Assembly: GCA_029548715.1 (NCBI GenBank)
Contig: JAKPMW010000232.1
Span: forward strand, 1 to 31,507
Direction: 5' to 3'
DNA: 31,507 bases
Origin: Spirochaetota bacterium
GTDB taxonomy: Bacteria; Spirochaetota; JAGLSM01; JAKPMW01
The position numbers and the translations under genes are program-made. This document shows, in pieces, positions 1-9,220 of the stretch (positions within the stretch are counted from its first letter, which is position 1; each line of letters opens with the position of its first letter). The notes under the pieces are model-generated. The model was not told where the DNA came from and searched no databases. It saw only the letters and a list, made by a program, of their open reading frames with translations.

Positions 1-2
1 TT

Positions 3-1268
3 TCCGGGGCCGAGTCCGGCCTGATGCTGGCAGATCCCATCAGGTTGCAGTATCAGGCTGAGCGCGGAGATGGCCGGGCCCGGCTGATTCTTGCAATGAA
101 GCAAAAACCGGACATCCTGATCGGAACGGTCCTTGTAGGAAATAACATCGTCAATGTCTCGGCAGCTGTTTTGACAAACCGTCTGCTTGAGCACTGGATG
201 GAACCCTACATGGCCAATGTAGCGGCGACGCTCTCTCTGACGTTGATCATGCTGATCACCTCGGAGATTCTTCCCAAGATGATTTTTCAAAGCAGACCCG
301 AAGAGTTGTCACGCAGGGTGGCCCCCTGGCTTCGCCTTGTGGGCTGGATCCTGCGCCCGGTACTTCTTCTGGTCAATGGGGTCTCGGGTGTTCTTGTTTG
401 GGTGTTTGGAGGGGGAAAACGTGGGCGTGCCCCCCTGACCCGTGAAGATATCACGCTGCTTGCAGATGTGGGGATGGAACAGGGGGCGATCAATGCCCGT
501 TCCTATGCCCTGATTGGATCGGTCCTGGCTTTTACTCGGACTACGGCGAGGGAGATCATGACCCCGCTGGTTGATGTTGTTGCTTTGGGCGAGGATGCGG
601 TCGTCGAGGATGTAGTGCGTCTGATCGAGCGGACCGGATTTTCCCGCATCCCAGTGTACCGCAAGCATGCTCATACCATGACTGGCTATGTTTCAGCCTT
701 TGACCTCAAGCAGAGTCGGCGGACAGTCGGGATCTCGGAGTTTATCCGGCCCGCGGTATTTGTTCCCGAATCAAAGTGCATAGACGGGCTCCTGATCGAG
801 ATGCGACAGAAGCGGCTGCCGATGGTGTTTGTCGTGGATGAATGGGGCGGGACAGCCGGGATCATTACCCATGAAGACATTGCCGAGCATGTTGTCGGGC
901 AGATACTTGACAAGGGCGAGAAGATGGAACTGGAGATGCAGGAGGTCTCTCCGGGGGAATATCTTGCTGATGGCTGGACTGACGTGGACAAGGTCCAGCA
1001 GGTGCTCAGGATTCGGATCGAAAAAAAGGGTTTTGAAACCGTGGGAGGGTTTCTTGAATATCTGATGCAACGTGTTCCCGCGATTGAGGAAAGCGTGGCA
1101 TACGAGGGATACCGATTCCATGTGGAGGAAGCAGACAGTACGCGCGTGATCAGGGTGCGTATCAAGCAGGCAGGTTCGCGCAGGCGGTTGAAGTCTGATC
1201 AGACGCATGCCAAAAAACAGGCGCGAGCGGAACAAAATGGAAAGAAACATGAAACAGAACAGGTCTGA
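3..1268 (+). CDS. Hemolysin-family / CNNM (DUF21 + tandem CBS + CorC_HlyC) membrane protein, 5' truncated by window edge
   Basis: The frame is open upstream of the ORF-track ATG at 24 and reads (F)SGAESGL, the DUF21 N-terminal motif. It has LVGNNIVNV, SEILPK, GFSRIPVY, VVDEWGGTAGIITHED and a C-terminal TVGGF..YEGYRFHVEEAD transporter-associated domain. Confidence 0.9.
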   Translation, partial: SGAESGLMLADPIRLQYQAERGDGRARLILAMKQKPDILIGTVLVGNNIVNVSAAVLTNRLLEHWMEPYMANVAATLSLTLIMLITSEILPKMIFQSRPEELSRRVAPWLRLVGWILRPVLLLVNGVSGVLVWVFGGGKRGRAPLTREDITLLADVGMEQGAINARSYALIGSVLAFTRTTAREIMTPLVDVVALGEDAVVEDVVRLIERTGFSRIPVYRKHAHTMTGYVSAFDLKQSRRTVGISEFIRPAVFVPESKCIDGLLIEMRQKRLPMVFVVDEWGGTAGIITHEDIAEHVVGQILDKGEKMELEMQEVSPGEYLADGWTDVDKVQQVLRIRIEKKGFETVGGFLEYLMQRVPAIEESVAYEGYRFHVEEADSTRVIRVRIKQAGSRRRLKSDQTHAKKQARAEQNGKKHETEQV

Positions 1269-3255
1269 CAGCTCGATTCTTGAGAGTATTACACAAGCAG
1301 CACAAGGATGTTTGCTGGATGATTTGGTGGGCGGGGACAGGGATTGTGCGGATGTTCTTGCAGAACTTGCCCGGCTTGTCCGCGCAGGACAGGTTTGTTT
1401 TTCCGGGAACCGGTTTATGGTTCAGGGAAAAGGCGATCTGAAACTGTTTACGGACAGTTTTGGTGATCTTGCAAGGGTGCTTGAAAAGTATTCATTGCCG
1501 GACGGGTTTCCCGAGGTGGTACTGCAGCAGGCCAGACGCTGCCGGGAAGCCGGCAAGAAAGAAACCGCTCGCAGGAAAAAGCTTGAGGGCTGGATCATCA
1601 CAATCGACTCCGAAACGGCCAAGGACCTTGACGATGCGGTGTCTGTCAGGCAGCTTCGTAACGGCTGGGAGCTTGGTGTGCATATCGCCGATGTCTCGTT
1701 TTATGTCGCCCGGGGGAGTGCACTTGACAGGGAAGCCTTTGCCAGAGGAACCAGCGTGTACCTCAACCGGCATGTTGTGCCGATGTTCCCGCATGAGCTC
1801 AGTGATGATTTGTGCAGTCTCAATACCGATCGGCCAAAGTTGGCCTTGTCGGCTTTTCTGGAGATTGATGCATCCGGGAAGCTGCTCTCCTCACGCTTTG
1901 AAAAGACCCTGATACACGTTTCCCGAAGGTTTTCCTACACCGAAGTTGAAAGCATTCTGCGCGGGAAGAAGGATCCCGATGCGGGAAAACTCCAGACGAT
2001 GGCCAGGGTTGCCGGTCTTTTGCGACGCAAGCGGCACGAGCAGGGGGGGCTTGAGTTTGAGGTGCCCGAGGTACGGATTGCTCTTGATGAAAAGGGAGAC
2101 CCGGTGGGTGTCACCGTTCCGGTGCGAAATGAAGCCGAGATGATTATCGAAGATTTCATGCTTGCTGCCAATGAGCAGGTGGCCAGTTTTCTCTCAAAAA
2201 AGGGAGCTTCAATATTCAGGATTCATGCCAGCCCTGATTCTGAAAAGCTGGCGGAGTTTGTCAAATTTGCCAATGGTGTCGGGCTGGGCTTGCGCATTCC
2301 GCGTGAAAACACACCGCGGGCCATGCAGCACCTGCTTGAAGAAGTGCGGGCGAATCCCCATGCCGGTGTGTTGAGCAGTCTTTTGCTGCGTACGATGCAG
2401 AAGGCCGTCTACAGCACGGACAACCCGGGACATTTTGGGCTTGCGTTTGCCGATTACACACATTTTACTTCGCCGATCCGGCGCTATCCCGATCTGGTGG
2501 TACACCGGCTGCTTTCCTCGGCCATCGAGGGGAAGAAGGCCTATACCGAAAAGGAACTGGAGCGAATCGCTGAACAGGCTACCAAAATGGAGCAAAACGC
2601 GGTTGACGCCGAGCGGGAGTATACCCGGATCAAGGGCGCCCGGTTTCTGGGGAAGAAGACAGGCGAGGTATGCGAGGGCAAGGTAACCTCGGTGACCTCG
2701 TGGGGGATGTTCATCACGCTTCTCCAGTGGGGATTGGACGGATTGCTGCATATTTCCGAGCTTCGCGATGACTACTATCGTCTTGATACCTGGGGACACA
2801 CGCTGGTTGGAGAACGGACCGGGCGCGTCTACAGCATCGGAAGTGTCATCCGGGTACGGATCAAATCAGTCAATGCCGAAAAGGGTTTTGTGGACCTTGT
2901 TCTTGAAGAGAGTGAGTTGAAGGGCGGCAAGAGCAGGTCAGGCGGAGGAAGCGGGAAGCATGGGGCAAGGTCGTCCCGGACTGGTTCCGCAGGGGACAGA
3001 AGAACAGGCGACAAAAATGCCAGGACTTCTGAACAGCGCTCACGGAATGGTGCTGCGGGACCGGCGCGTACAGATGCCGGGCGGAATGCGGGGGCACGAC
3101 AGGGACAGGCGAGGCAGGATCCCGGCAGGATCAGCAAGGCGACGCATCCGGTAAAGACAACTCAGCCAGAAGGGGTCCGGGAACCAGTCATTCAGCCTGT
3201 TGCCGAGCAGGAAAAATCATCCAGAGGAAAGGGATGGCGTTTTTGGAAGAAATAG
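1249..3255 (+). CDS. rnr: Ribonuclease R (RNB family 3'-5' exoribonuclease), apparently lacking CSD1/CSD2; alternative starts 1207 or 1237
   Basis: RNB catalytic motif TIDSETAKDLDDA, plus GVHIADVS, RGTSVY, HFTSPIRRYPDL. C-terminal S1 domain (GKVTSVTSWGMFI...GLLHISEL) and a basic low-complexity tail. Confidence 0.9.
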   Translation: MKQNRSDSSILESITQAAQGCLLDDLVGGDRDCADVLAELARLVRAGQVCFSGNRFMVQGKGDLKLFTDSFGDLARVLEKYSLPDGFPEVVLQQARRCREAGKKETARRKKLEGWIITIDSETAKDLDDAVSVRQLRNGWELGVHIADVSFYVARGSALDREAFARGTSVYLNRHVVPMFPHELSDDLCSLNTDRPKLALSAFLEIDASGKLLSSRFEKTLIHVSRRFSYTEVESILRGKKDPDAGKLQTMARVAGLLRRKRHEQGGLEFEVPEVRIALDEKGDPVGVTVPVRNEAEMIIEDFMLAANEQVASFLSKKGASIFRIHASPDSEKLAEFVKFANGVGLGLRIPRENTPRAMQHLLEEVRANPHAGVLSSLLLRTMQKAVYSTDNPGHFGLAFADYTHFTSPIRRYPDLVVHRLLSSAIEGKKAYTEKELERIAEQATKMEQNAVDAEREYTRIKGARFLGKKTGEVCEGKVTSVTSWGMFITLLQWGLDGLLHISELRDDYYRLDTWGHTLVGERTGRVYSIGSVIRVRIKSVNAEKGFVDLVLEESELKGGKSRSGGGSGKHGARSSRTGSAGDRRTGDKNARTSEQRSRNGAAGPARTDAGRNAGARQGQARQDPGRISKATHPVKTTQPEGVREPVIQPVAEQEKSSRGKGWRFWKK

Positions 3256-3310
3256 CTGATACTTCAGAAAGCTTCAGGACAAAATTCTTTGACAAGTTGG
3301 AGGTAGTTTT

Positions 3311-3652
3311 ATGAGGGTACTGATTGGTGTGCTGCTTGTGCTGTCTCTGGTTGCCTGCGGTAAAAAAGGCGAGCAAGTGCAGGGTCATGAAAAAGGTGCT
3401 GTTACCAATTCCGCTGTGACGCTCAAGCAGATTGACGCGGCCGAACTGGCAAAAAATGACGGGAAAAATGGTCGCCCGGCCTGGGTGGCGTATAAGGGAA
3501 AGGTCTATGATGTCACGGCTGTCCCTGCCTGGAAGACCGGTACGCACAAGGGTCATGGGGCCGGGCAGGATATCACTGCAGCCCTTGCCTCCGCCCCGCA
3601 TGGGGACAAGGTGTTTGCCAAGCTGACGCCTGTTGGTGAACTCAAGAAATAG
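3311..3652 (+). CDS. Cytochrome b5-like heme/steroid-binding domain lipoprotein
   Basis: SD GGAGG upstream; hydrophobic signal ending in lipobox LVA-C. Cyt-b5 pattern ELAKNDG..WVAYKGKVYDVT..W..G.H..AGQDIT..APHG with two His candidates for heme ligation. Confidence 0.82.
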   Translation: MRVLIGVLLVLSLVACGKKGEQVQGHEKGAVTNSAVTLKQIDAAELAKNDGKNGRPAWVAYKGKVYDVTAVPAWKTGTHKGHGAGQDITAALASAPHGDKVFAKLTPVGELKK

Positions 3653-3668
3653 CCGACCGGCTTGCAGC

Positions 3669-3695
3669 AAAACCGCCCGGATGGGGCGGTTTTTT
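3669..3695 (+). terminator. Intrinsic (Rho-independent) terminator after the cyt b5-like gene
   Basis: AAAACCGCCC-GGATG-GGGCGGTTTT inverted repeat running into a T6 tract, 16 nt after the stop codon. Confidence 0.85.
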
Positions 3696-3753
3696 GTTCT
3701 TCCGGTGCAGTATATTGATATGAGGAAGGGTCACTGGCAAAGATGGAGGAGCT

Positions 3754-4149
3754 ATGAAATTCAGGCGCAGGCTGCAGCAGAAGGTGGGTATCGACATGAC
3801 GCCCATGATCGACTCAGTGTTTCTGCTGCTCATCTTCTTTATGATAACATCTTCCATTATCAAGGATCAGGGGATCCAGGTAACCCTGCCGCACGCCAAG
3901 AGCTCCGAGTCGCAACCGGATCGTGACCTTGTTATCAGCATCAGTCGGGAGGGTGTCATTTATCTGAATGAGGTGCGGGTTGCCAAGAAGGATCTCTACC
4001 AGAAGCTGAGAAAATTGTACAAGGAGGTCAAACGTGACTTCCTTATCATACGTGCGGATGAAGTCATCGAGTACGGTGTCCTTGTCGAAGTAATGGATAT
4101 TGCCCGCCTTGCGGGTATCTATAATGTTTCACTGTCGACCAAACGATAG
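3754..4149 (+). CDS. exbD: Biopolymer transport protein ExbD/TolR
   Basis: SD GGAGGAG. IDMTPMIDSVFLLLIFFMIT transmembrane helix with the conserved Asp; VTLP.A and IRADE..YG..VEVMD..R.AG motifs. Confidence 0.93.
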   Translation: MKFRRRLQQKVGIDMTPMIDSVFLLLIFFMITSSIIKDQGIQVTLPHAKSSESQPDRDLVISISREGVIYLNEVRVAKKDLYQKLRKLYKEVKRDFLIIRADEVIEYGVLVEVMDIARLAGIYNVSLSTKR

Positions 4150-4179
4150 TCAACAGATGGGACAGGGAGGAGAGGCGCT

Positions 4180-5028
4180 ATGGAGGGAATCCGGGATGGC
4201 ATGCGATTTGATCGCATGGTTGTCGTCTCGATTGCTGCGCACTGTCTCCTTCTCGTTCTTGTATCCCTTTTCTGGGGGGGGACTGAGATTCCTCCGGTAC
4301 GGACAGTCCAGCTTGTCATCGAGTCACGGACTGTTTCACGTGAGGTGATTGCCGAAGTCAGGCGGGAGAGTGCCCCTGCCAGGGCCCGGCAGGATTCACA
4401 GGAACGAGGATCAGCGGACGATTCGCTCGAAAACCTTCTTGAACGGTCCTCGTTTCCACACAAGCCCGCACCCGAACGGGAACTGCCCAACCGGAGGCGG
4501 GAGGATGATTTTGACTATGGCTCTCTCAGGCGCGATCACGAATCTCCTGCCGGAAGGCTGGAGCGAAACCCTGATTCAAAGGACATGCAGGCCCATCGTC
4601 CCTCTCTGACGGATCGGGATACCAGGGACAGGGCAGGTGCGCGCGATACTTTTGGCCGGGATGATCTGACCAGACAGGGCGGAAAGAGCAGCACCCCCGG
4701 AATTAGCGGTTCCGATTTTGCCCGGCAGGGTGACCGGGGCAGTGGTGTGACCGGGCTTGTCAATCTGAGGGGGCGAAACTGTGTCTATCGCCCTATGATT
4801 ACGCTGCCTGAGCGCTACAGCCGGCAGGGTTTGTCATATACCGTCCAGGTCGAGATAAGCGTGACCGAGGAGGGGATTGTCAGTCGGGCGGCTGTTACCG
4901 AGCCAAGTGGAAATCCGGAGCTTGACCTTTTGCTCGAGCAACGGGCACGGATGTTCAGATTTGAGGCAGCCTCAGCGGGAACCGGGACCCAGGCCGGGAT
5001 GATTGCGTTTTCCATTCAACCGAGGTAA
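4180..5028 (+). CDS. TonB/TolA-like energy transducer (N-terminal TM anchor, charged linker, TonB_C-like domain)
   Basis: TM segment with S-x3-H (SIAAH). C-terminal LPERYSRQGLSYTVQVEISVTEEGIV....EPSGNPELD resembles TonB_C. The linker is R/D/E/G-rich rather than Pro-rich. Directly follows exbD. Confidence 0.78.
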   Translation: MEGIRDGMRFDRMVVVSIAAHCLLLVLVSLFWGGTEIPPVRTVQLVIESRTVSREVIAEVRRESAPARARQDSQERGSADDSLENLLERSSFPHKPAPERELPNRRREDDFDYGSLRRDHESPAGRLERNPDSKDMQAHRPSLTDRDTRDRAGARDTFGRDDLTRQGGKSSTPGISGSDFARQGDRGSGVTGLVNLRGRNCVYRPMITLPERYSRQGLSYTVQVEISVTEEGIVSRAAVTEPSGNPELDLLLEQRARMFRFEAASAGTGTQAGMIAFSIQPR

Positions 5029-5033
5029 TCCCT

Positions 5034-8000
5034 GTGAATCAGCGATCAGGTGCATTCATTCTCCCGGCCATGGCAGGCAGCGTTCTTGTTTTTCTTTTTG
5101 CGCTTGCTGTCCTGATCAATCATGCGGTTGGGACCCTGCTTGTTTCGCTGGAGGATGATCTTGTAGCAGGGATAGAACGCGAAAACGGAATCCGCATCGC
5201 ATACGATTCGATCTCGATCGCCTCCCTTGATACCCTGGTGATGAATGGCCTGAAGATCCGCCATGCGGACACCAACCGTCAGGCTATCCTGGCAAGCCTC
5301 GACAGGGCCGAGGTGCAGGTCCGGCTTATCCCTCCGATTTTTGGTGGCAAGGACGTGATGGAATCCATTTCGTCGCTGGTGTTTGACAATCCCTCGATCA
5401 ACCTGTACAGCGATGGCTCGCTTTTTGACAGTTTTCGCGAGGCGGCAGTTCGACGGGAAACAAACACCTCCGCGAAACCAGGCAAAAAATTTGATGTCGA
5501 TGTTGTCATCCGAAACGGCATGGTGCGGGTGTATGGGTCTGATTCAATCCAGGCTGTTCCACCGGCTGCACCCCTTGCTGAAGTCAGCCTTCACAATCTT
5601 GATCTTGAATTGAGGGAAAACAAGGGAAGTTTTAGTATCAAGAGCGAACTGGCCATGCTCCCCTCGCAGGATCTTGTTGCGGGAAAGCTTGAAGTCGCTG
5701 GCATTCTTGACCTTGATACCGGTTCTGTTGATGCTCTTGTGACGGCAAGCGGATCCAGGGTCGCGGGATTTGTCCTGCCCGAGTTGCGTTTTTTCGTCTC
5801 AAGGGAGGCTGGCCAGGTAACGGTTGATTCATCCACCTTTGGTCAGCCGGTCTCAATTGACGGGCGCTGGAGGGAGGGCGCCGAGGGGAGCTTTGTATTG
5901 ACCCTCGACAGAAATCTTCGCTCTTTCGACAGTTTTATGACCCGAACAGCTTCCAGCGTATTGGGACGGATGTTTTTTTCGAAAGATGATCAGTACAGCC
6001 CAACCGGAAAGGTCGTTGTTGATATAGGAAGTGAAGGAGTCCGGATGTCGGGCGATCTTGCCATTGAGGACCGGAATGGCCGTCCCGTGTTCCGGTTTGC
6101 AGCGGGCGGAAACAGCCAGATTTTGACGGTTGACCGTTTTGAACTTGCAAGGGATGAGCATCTCATCAGCCTCTCCGGCTACTGGGACTGGAAGGGGTTT
6201 CCCCATTTTGCTGCCAGAGTGAGAAAGTTTGAACTGGAAGGGGCGACAATCGATGGTAATTGTACTGTCAGGCCTGCCGCGGACGGGATGGTTGCCCTTG
6301 ACCTGGAGGGTCTGGCGCTCAATGGCCGGCATATTGGATCTGTTTCAGCCCTGATGAACCCGGGAGCTTCGAAGATCTCTTTTGACGGTTTCTCAGGCAC
6401 CCTCAGGGGGCATGCTGCGTTGGGTGCTGAATCTGCCGCTGTACAGCTTGATTTGTCCGGCTTTCAGCTTGGAGATCTGGTCGAAGCCCTGACAGGAGCC
6501 GGATTCGTATCTGGCTGGAGCATGTCGGGGCCGCTTGTTGTCAGCAGAGGAACCAACGGGATATCGCTTCGGGGCGAAACGACGGTAGTCACTGCCGGAC
6601 AGGGAAATATTGTTTCTGCCTTCAAGTACAATGGAGAGGAATTGCGTATCGACCGCTTTGAGAGCGATTGGCTGTCACTGACAGGAGCTGTGCGGCGGGA
6701 GTATGATGGCGCGAGTGGAAAGTTCCTGATTGACTACAACGGCAGGCGCTGGCCTCTGACCACCCAGATCAAGCAGACCGGGGACATTGCGCGGGTAGGT
6801 GTCGAAATAACCGGTATGCTTGCTGGTCAGGCGGACATTTCAGGGAATGAGGTGCGGGCATCGCTGTCTCTCAGCGGGATAGATCTTGCCCCCTTTGGAG
6901 TCAACGGTATTCTCAAGGGAGAGGGGACTCTGGTGCGGCGTGGGGGCGCTGTACTGACTGGTGGCACATTTTCGCTCAGGATGCAAGACCCCGGGATTCC
7001 GTCGGCGGCATTGGTGTTTCATGGAGCAGACCGGAGATTTGATGTCACCAGTATTGTCCTCGAGCGGGAGGGGCATGCATTCTCGGGAGGCGGCACGGTC
7101 TGGTTTGATGAACAGGACTCGGTTCATTGCTCGCTGGCATTTGCCAATGGATTGGCTCTTCAGGCGAACACGATTCCGGGAGGGGTTGTTGTCCAGTCAC
7201 AGTTTGACAACCTTGATCTGGCCGGCGTTTTTCCCGGAATCATGGCAGGAGTTCTTCAGGGACGTGCCGAAGTCCGGCTTGTCGGGGAGGTACCTGCTGC
7301 ATCGTGGAATATCCGCCTTTCAAAAGGCACATTGCAGGGCCTGCAGGTATCGATTGTATCGGAAGCCAAAAGCCGGCCGGGCGGGTTTCAGCTTGAAAAG
7401 ACCAGTCTGGTTTTTGGGGATGCCGAGCTGTCGGTCCGTAACGGATATCTTGTCCAGACAGCGGGCGGTCTTGATTTTATGTGCAACGGTACCTTCGTCT
7501 GGGGAGGCGCCCCTTTCAGGGTCGATGGACGGATTCTTGCGCAGGGCGGGACCTCAAGCGGACAGGCCGAGGCCGTTGTGGCTCTTTCAGGTGTGCGCTT
7601 CGGAAACAGCAGGGTGACGGATTTTTCGAGTGCCATCATGAACAGAGGTGGGCGCCTTGATATTCGCAAGACTGGTCCTGCCGGACTGGATGGATGGTAT
7701 GACCTGGCCGCCAACCGGATGAATCTGAGATATTCCGATTCAAGCGGCATGTCCTTGCTTGTCCAGGGAAAAAACGGGAAGCAGCTTGACCTGACGGCAC
7801 ACGCTGTTGGACTTCCGTTGTCTGTCTTGCAGAATTATCCTGTCGTGTTCCGTTCCGCTGAGGGGCGTGCGAATCTGAGCATCAGTCTCAGGGGGCCGGC
7901 TGAGCGTCCCGAGGTTTCGGGATTGGCACGGATCGAAAATGCCAGGATGGATCTGAGCATGCTCCGAAGTCCTCTGACCAGACTTGCCCTGCAGGCAAGT

Positions 8001-9173
8001 GTGACGCAGGGCACCATTACGCTGGGATACCTCACGGCGACCAACGGGAGTGGCAGCCTGTCTGTCCGGGGCAAGGCCTTTATCAGGAATGGTGAGGTAG
8101 ACGACATTGATGTCAGGCTGCAGACCGACAGAAAGCACGGACTTGACCTTGATCTGGTGGATCCGGAGATTCGTTCATCAGGTGGTGCCCTGGCAGATCT
8201 CTTCATCACCGGAAACATCAATGCGCCACATGTCCAGGGACGTGTGGCCCTGCATGACAACGAATTCTTTTACATGGAAGACTCGGCCATTCCGAGCAAG
8301 GAAAACTGGATCAAGCGGATCCGCTGGAATCTCGAAGTGGCCGTGCTGGATGGTGTGAGCTATGTCAACCAGCTTGTCACCGCGATGATTCAGCCTGGCT
8401 CGTCACTCCATTTGAAGAACAGCATTATTGACAAGGATTTTCTGGTCAGCGGGAGGGTGACCGCATCCCGCGGAACATTTGACTACATCAACCACGAATT
8501 CAGGATCGAACAGCCGACATATATTGAATTCAGGCGGACTTCATTCGGACTTGATCCATGGCTTGCATTTCGTGGGCGCCTGCGGCTCAAGGATGAAGAG
8601 CTGGAAAACGTGGATATCTATCTTACATTTGCAGGCCCTCTCTCGACAGGGATCAATCCGGTCTTCAGTGCTGAGCCCGAGCGGTCCCAGGATGAGATTC
8701 GAGTCCTGCTCGGGATCGAGCAGCCCGATACCACATCAGCCGATGGTCGCCGGAAAAACGAAAACATCATGCTGCGCTCGACAGAGCTGATCTCGCTGCT
8801 CGGGTTGAAGCCGCTTACAAAGGAAATCCGGGAGTGGTTCGGGCTTGATATTTTCACCATACGTACACCTATTGTGCGGAATATCCTCGAGCGGGAGAGT
8901 CTGGATGCACTTGACCCCAAACGGCAGCTCTCGATTTTCAGGGACACCCAGTTCTCACTGGGAAAGTATTTGACCAGTTTCATGTTTGTTGAATATACTT
9001 TGGTACTGAAAGACGATCTGCAAAGCTTTGGGGATGTGTTGCCCACGCATCAGGTGGGTCTCGAGTTGAGTTTCGACTTTCTCAATCTGGGGTATCTCAT
9101 CAAGCCTACAGAAAAAAGCGGGTTCGGTGAGTACGAGCAAAGCATCGAGCTTCGTTTTCGACAGCGGTTCTAG
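5034..9173 (+). CDS. tamB: Translocation and assembly module TamB-like protein (AsmA-like, C-terminal DUF490), 1379 aa
   Basis: GTG start, N-terminal membrane anchor, long Gly/Val-rich beta-taco-like body. C-terminal L.I.G....P.V.G.V, FEQP..I.F, DP.L, F.S.P...Q.EI..LLG and LGKYLT patterns. Immediately upstream of bamA, as in spirochaetes. Confidence 0.8.
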   Translation: MNQRSGAFILPAMAGSVLVFLFALAVLINHAVGTLLVSLEDDLVAGIERENGIRIAYDSISIASLDTLVMNGLKIRHADTNRQAILASLDRAEVQVRLIPPIFGGKDVMESISSLVFDNPSINLYSDGSLFDSFREAAVRRETNTSAKPGKKFDVDVVIRNGMVRVYGSDSIQAVPPAAPLAEVSLHNLDLELRENKGSFSIKSELAMLPSQDLVAGKLEVAGILDLDTGSVDALVTASGSRVAGFVLPELRFFVSREAGQVTVDSSTFGQPVSIDGRWREGAEGSFVLTLDRNLRSFDSFMTRTASSVLGRMFFSKDDQYSPTGKVVVDIGSEGVRMSGDLAIEDRNGRPVFRFAAGGNSQILTVDRFELARDEHLISLSGYWDWKGFPHFAARVRKFELEGATIDGNCTVRPAADGMVALDLEGLALNGRHIGSVSALMNPGASKISFDGFSGTLRGHAALGAESAAVQLDLSGFQLGDLVEALTGAGFVSGWSMSGPLVVSRGTNGISLRGETTVVTAGQGNIVSAFKYNGEELRIDRFESDWLSLTGAVRREYDGASGKFLIDYNGRRWPLTTQIKQTGDIARVGVEITGMLAGQADISGNEVRASLSLSGIDLAPFGVNGILKGEGTLVRRGGAVLTGGTFSLRMQDPGIPSAALVFHGADRRFDVTSIVLEREGHAFSGGGTVWFDEQDSVHCSLAFANGLALQANTIPGGVVVQSQFDNLDLAGVFPGIMAGVLQGRAEVRLVGEVPAASWNIRLSKGTLQGLQVSIVSEAKSRPGGFQLEKTSLVFGDAELSVRNGYLVQTAGGLDFMCNGTFVWGGAPFRVDGRILAQGGTSSGQAEAVVALSGVRFGNSRVTDFSSAIMNRGGRLDIRKTGPAGLDGWYDLAANRMNLRYSDSSGMSLLVQGKNGKQLDLTAHAVGLPLSVLQNYPVVFRSAEGRANLSISLRGPAERPEVSGLARIENARMDLSMLRSPLTRLALQASVTQGTITLGYLTATNGSGSLSVRGKAFIRNGEVDDIDVRLQTDRKHGLDLDLVDPEIRSSGGALADLFITGNINAPHVQGRVALHDNEFFYMEDSAIPSKENWIKRIRWNLEVAVLDGVSYVNQLVTAMIQPGSSLHLKNSIIDKDFLVSGRVTASRGTFDYINHEFRIEQPTYIEFRRTSFGLDPWLAFRGRLRLKDEELENVDIYLTFAGPLSTGINPVFSAEPERSQDEIRVLLGIEQPDTTSADGRRKNENIMLRSTELISLLGLKPLTKEIREWFGLDIFTIRTPIVRNILERESLDALDPKRQLSIFRDTQFSLGKYLTSFMFVEYTLVLKDDLQSFGDVLPTHQVGLELSFDFLNLGYLIKPTEKSGFGEYEQSIELRFRQRF

Positions 9174-9220
9174 GGATACCGCGAATGGGTATGTCGGGGT
9201 AACGATTTGGAGCGTATTCA

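Noticed and set aside
3289-3317. TTGACA as the -35 box for the cyt b5-like gene
   Set aside because: A 17-nt spacer would put the -10 inside the start codon, with no TAnnnT match.
3653-3753. Hidden exbB/tolQ upstream of exbD
   Set aside because: Only about 100 nt, containing a terminator; the overlapping small ORFs (3633-3926, 3642-3863) lack ExbB TM motifs.
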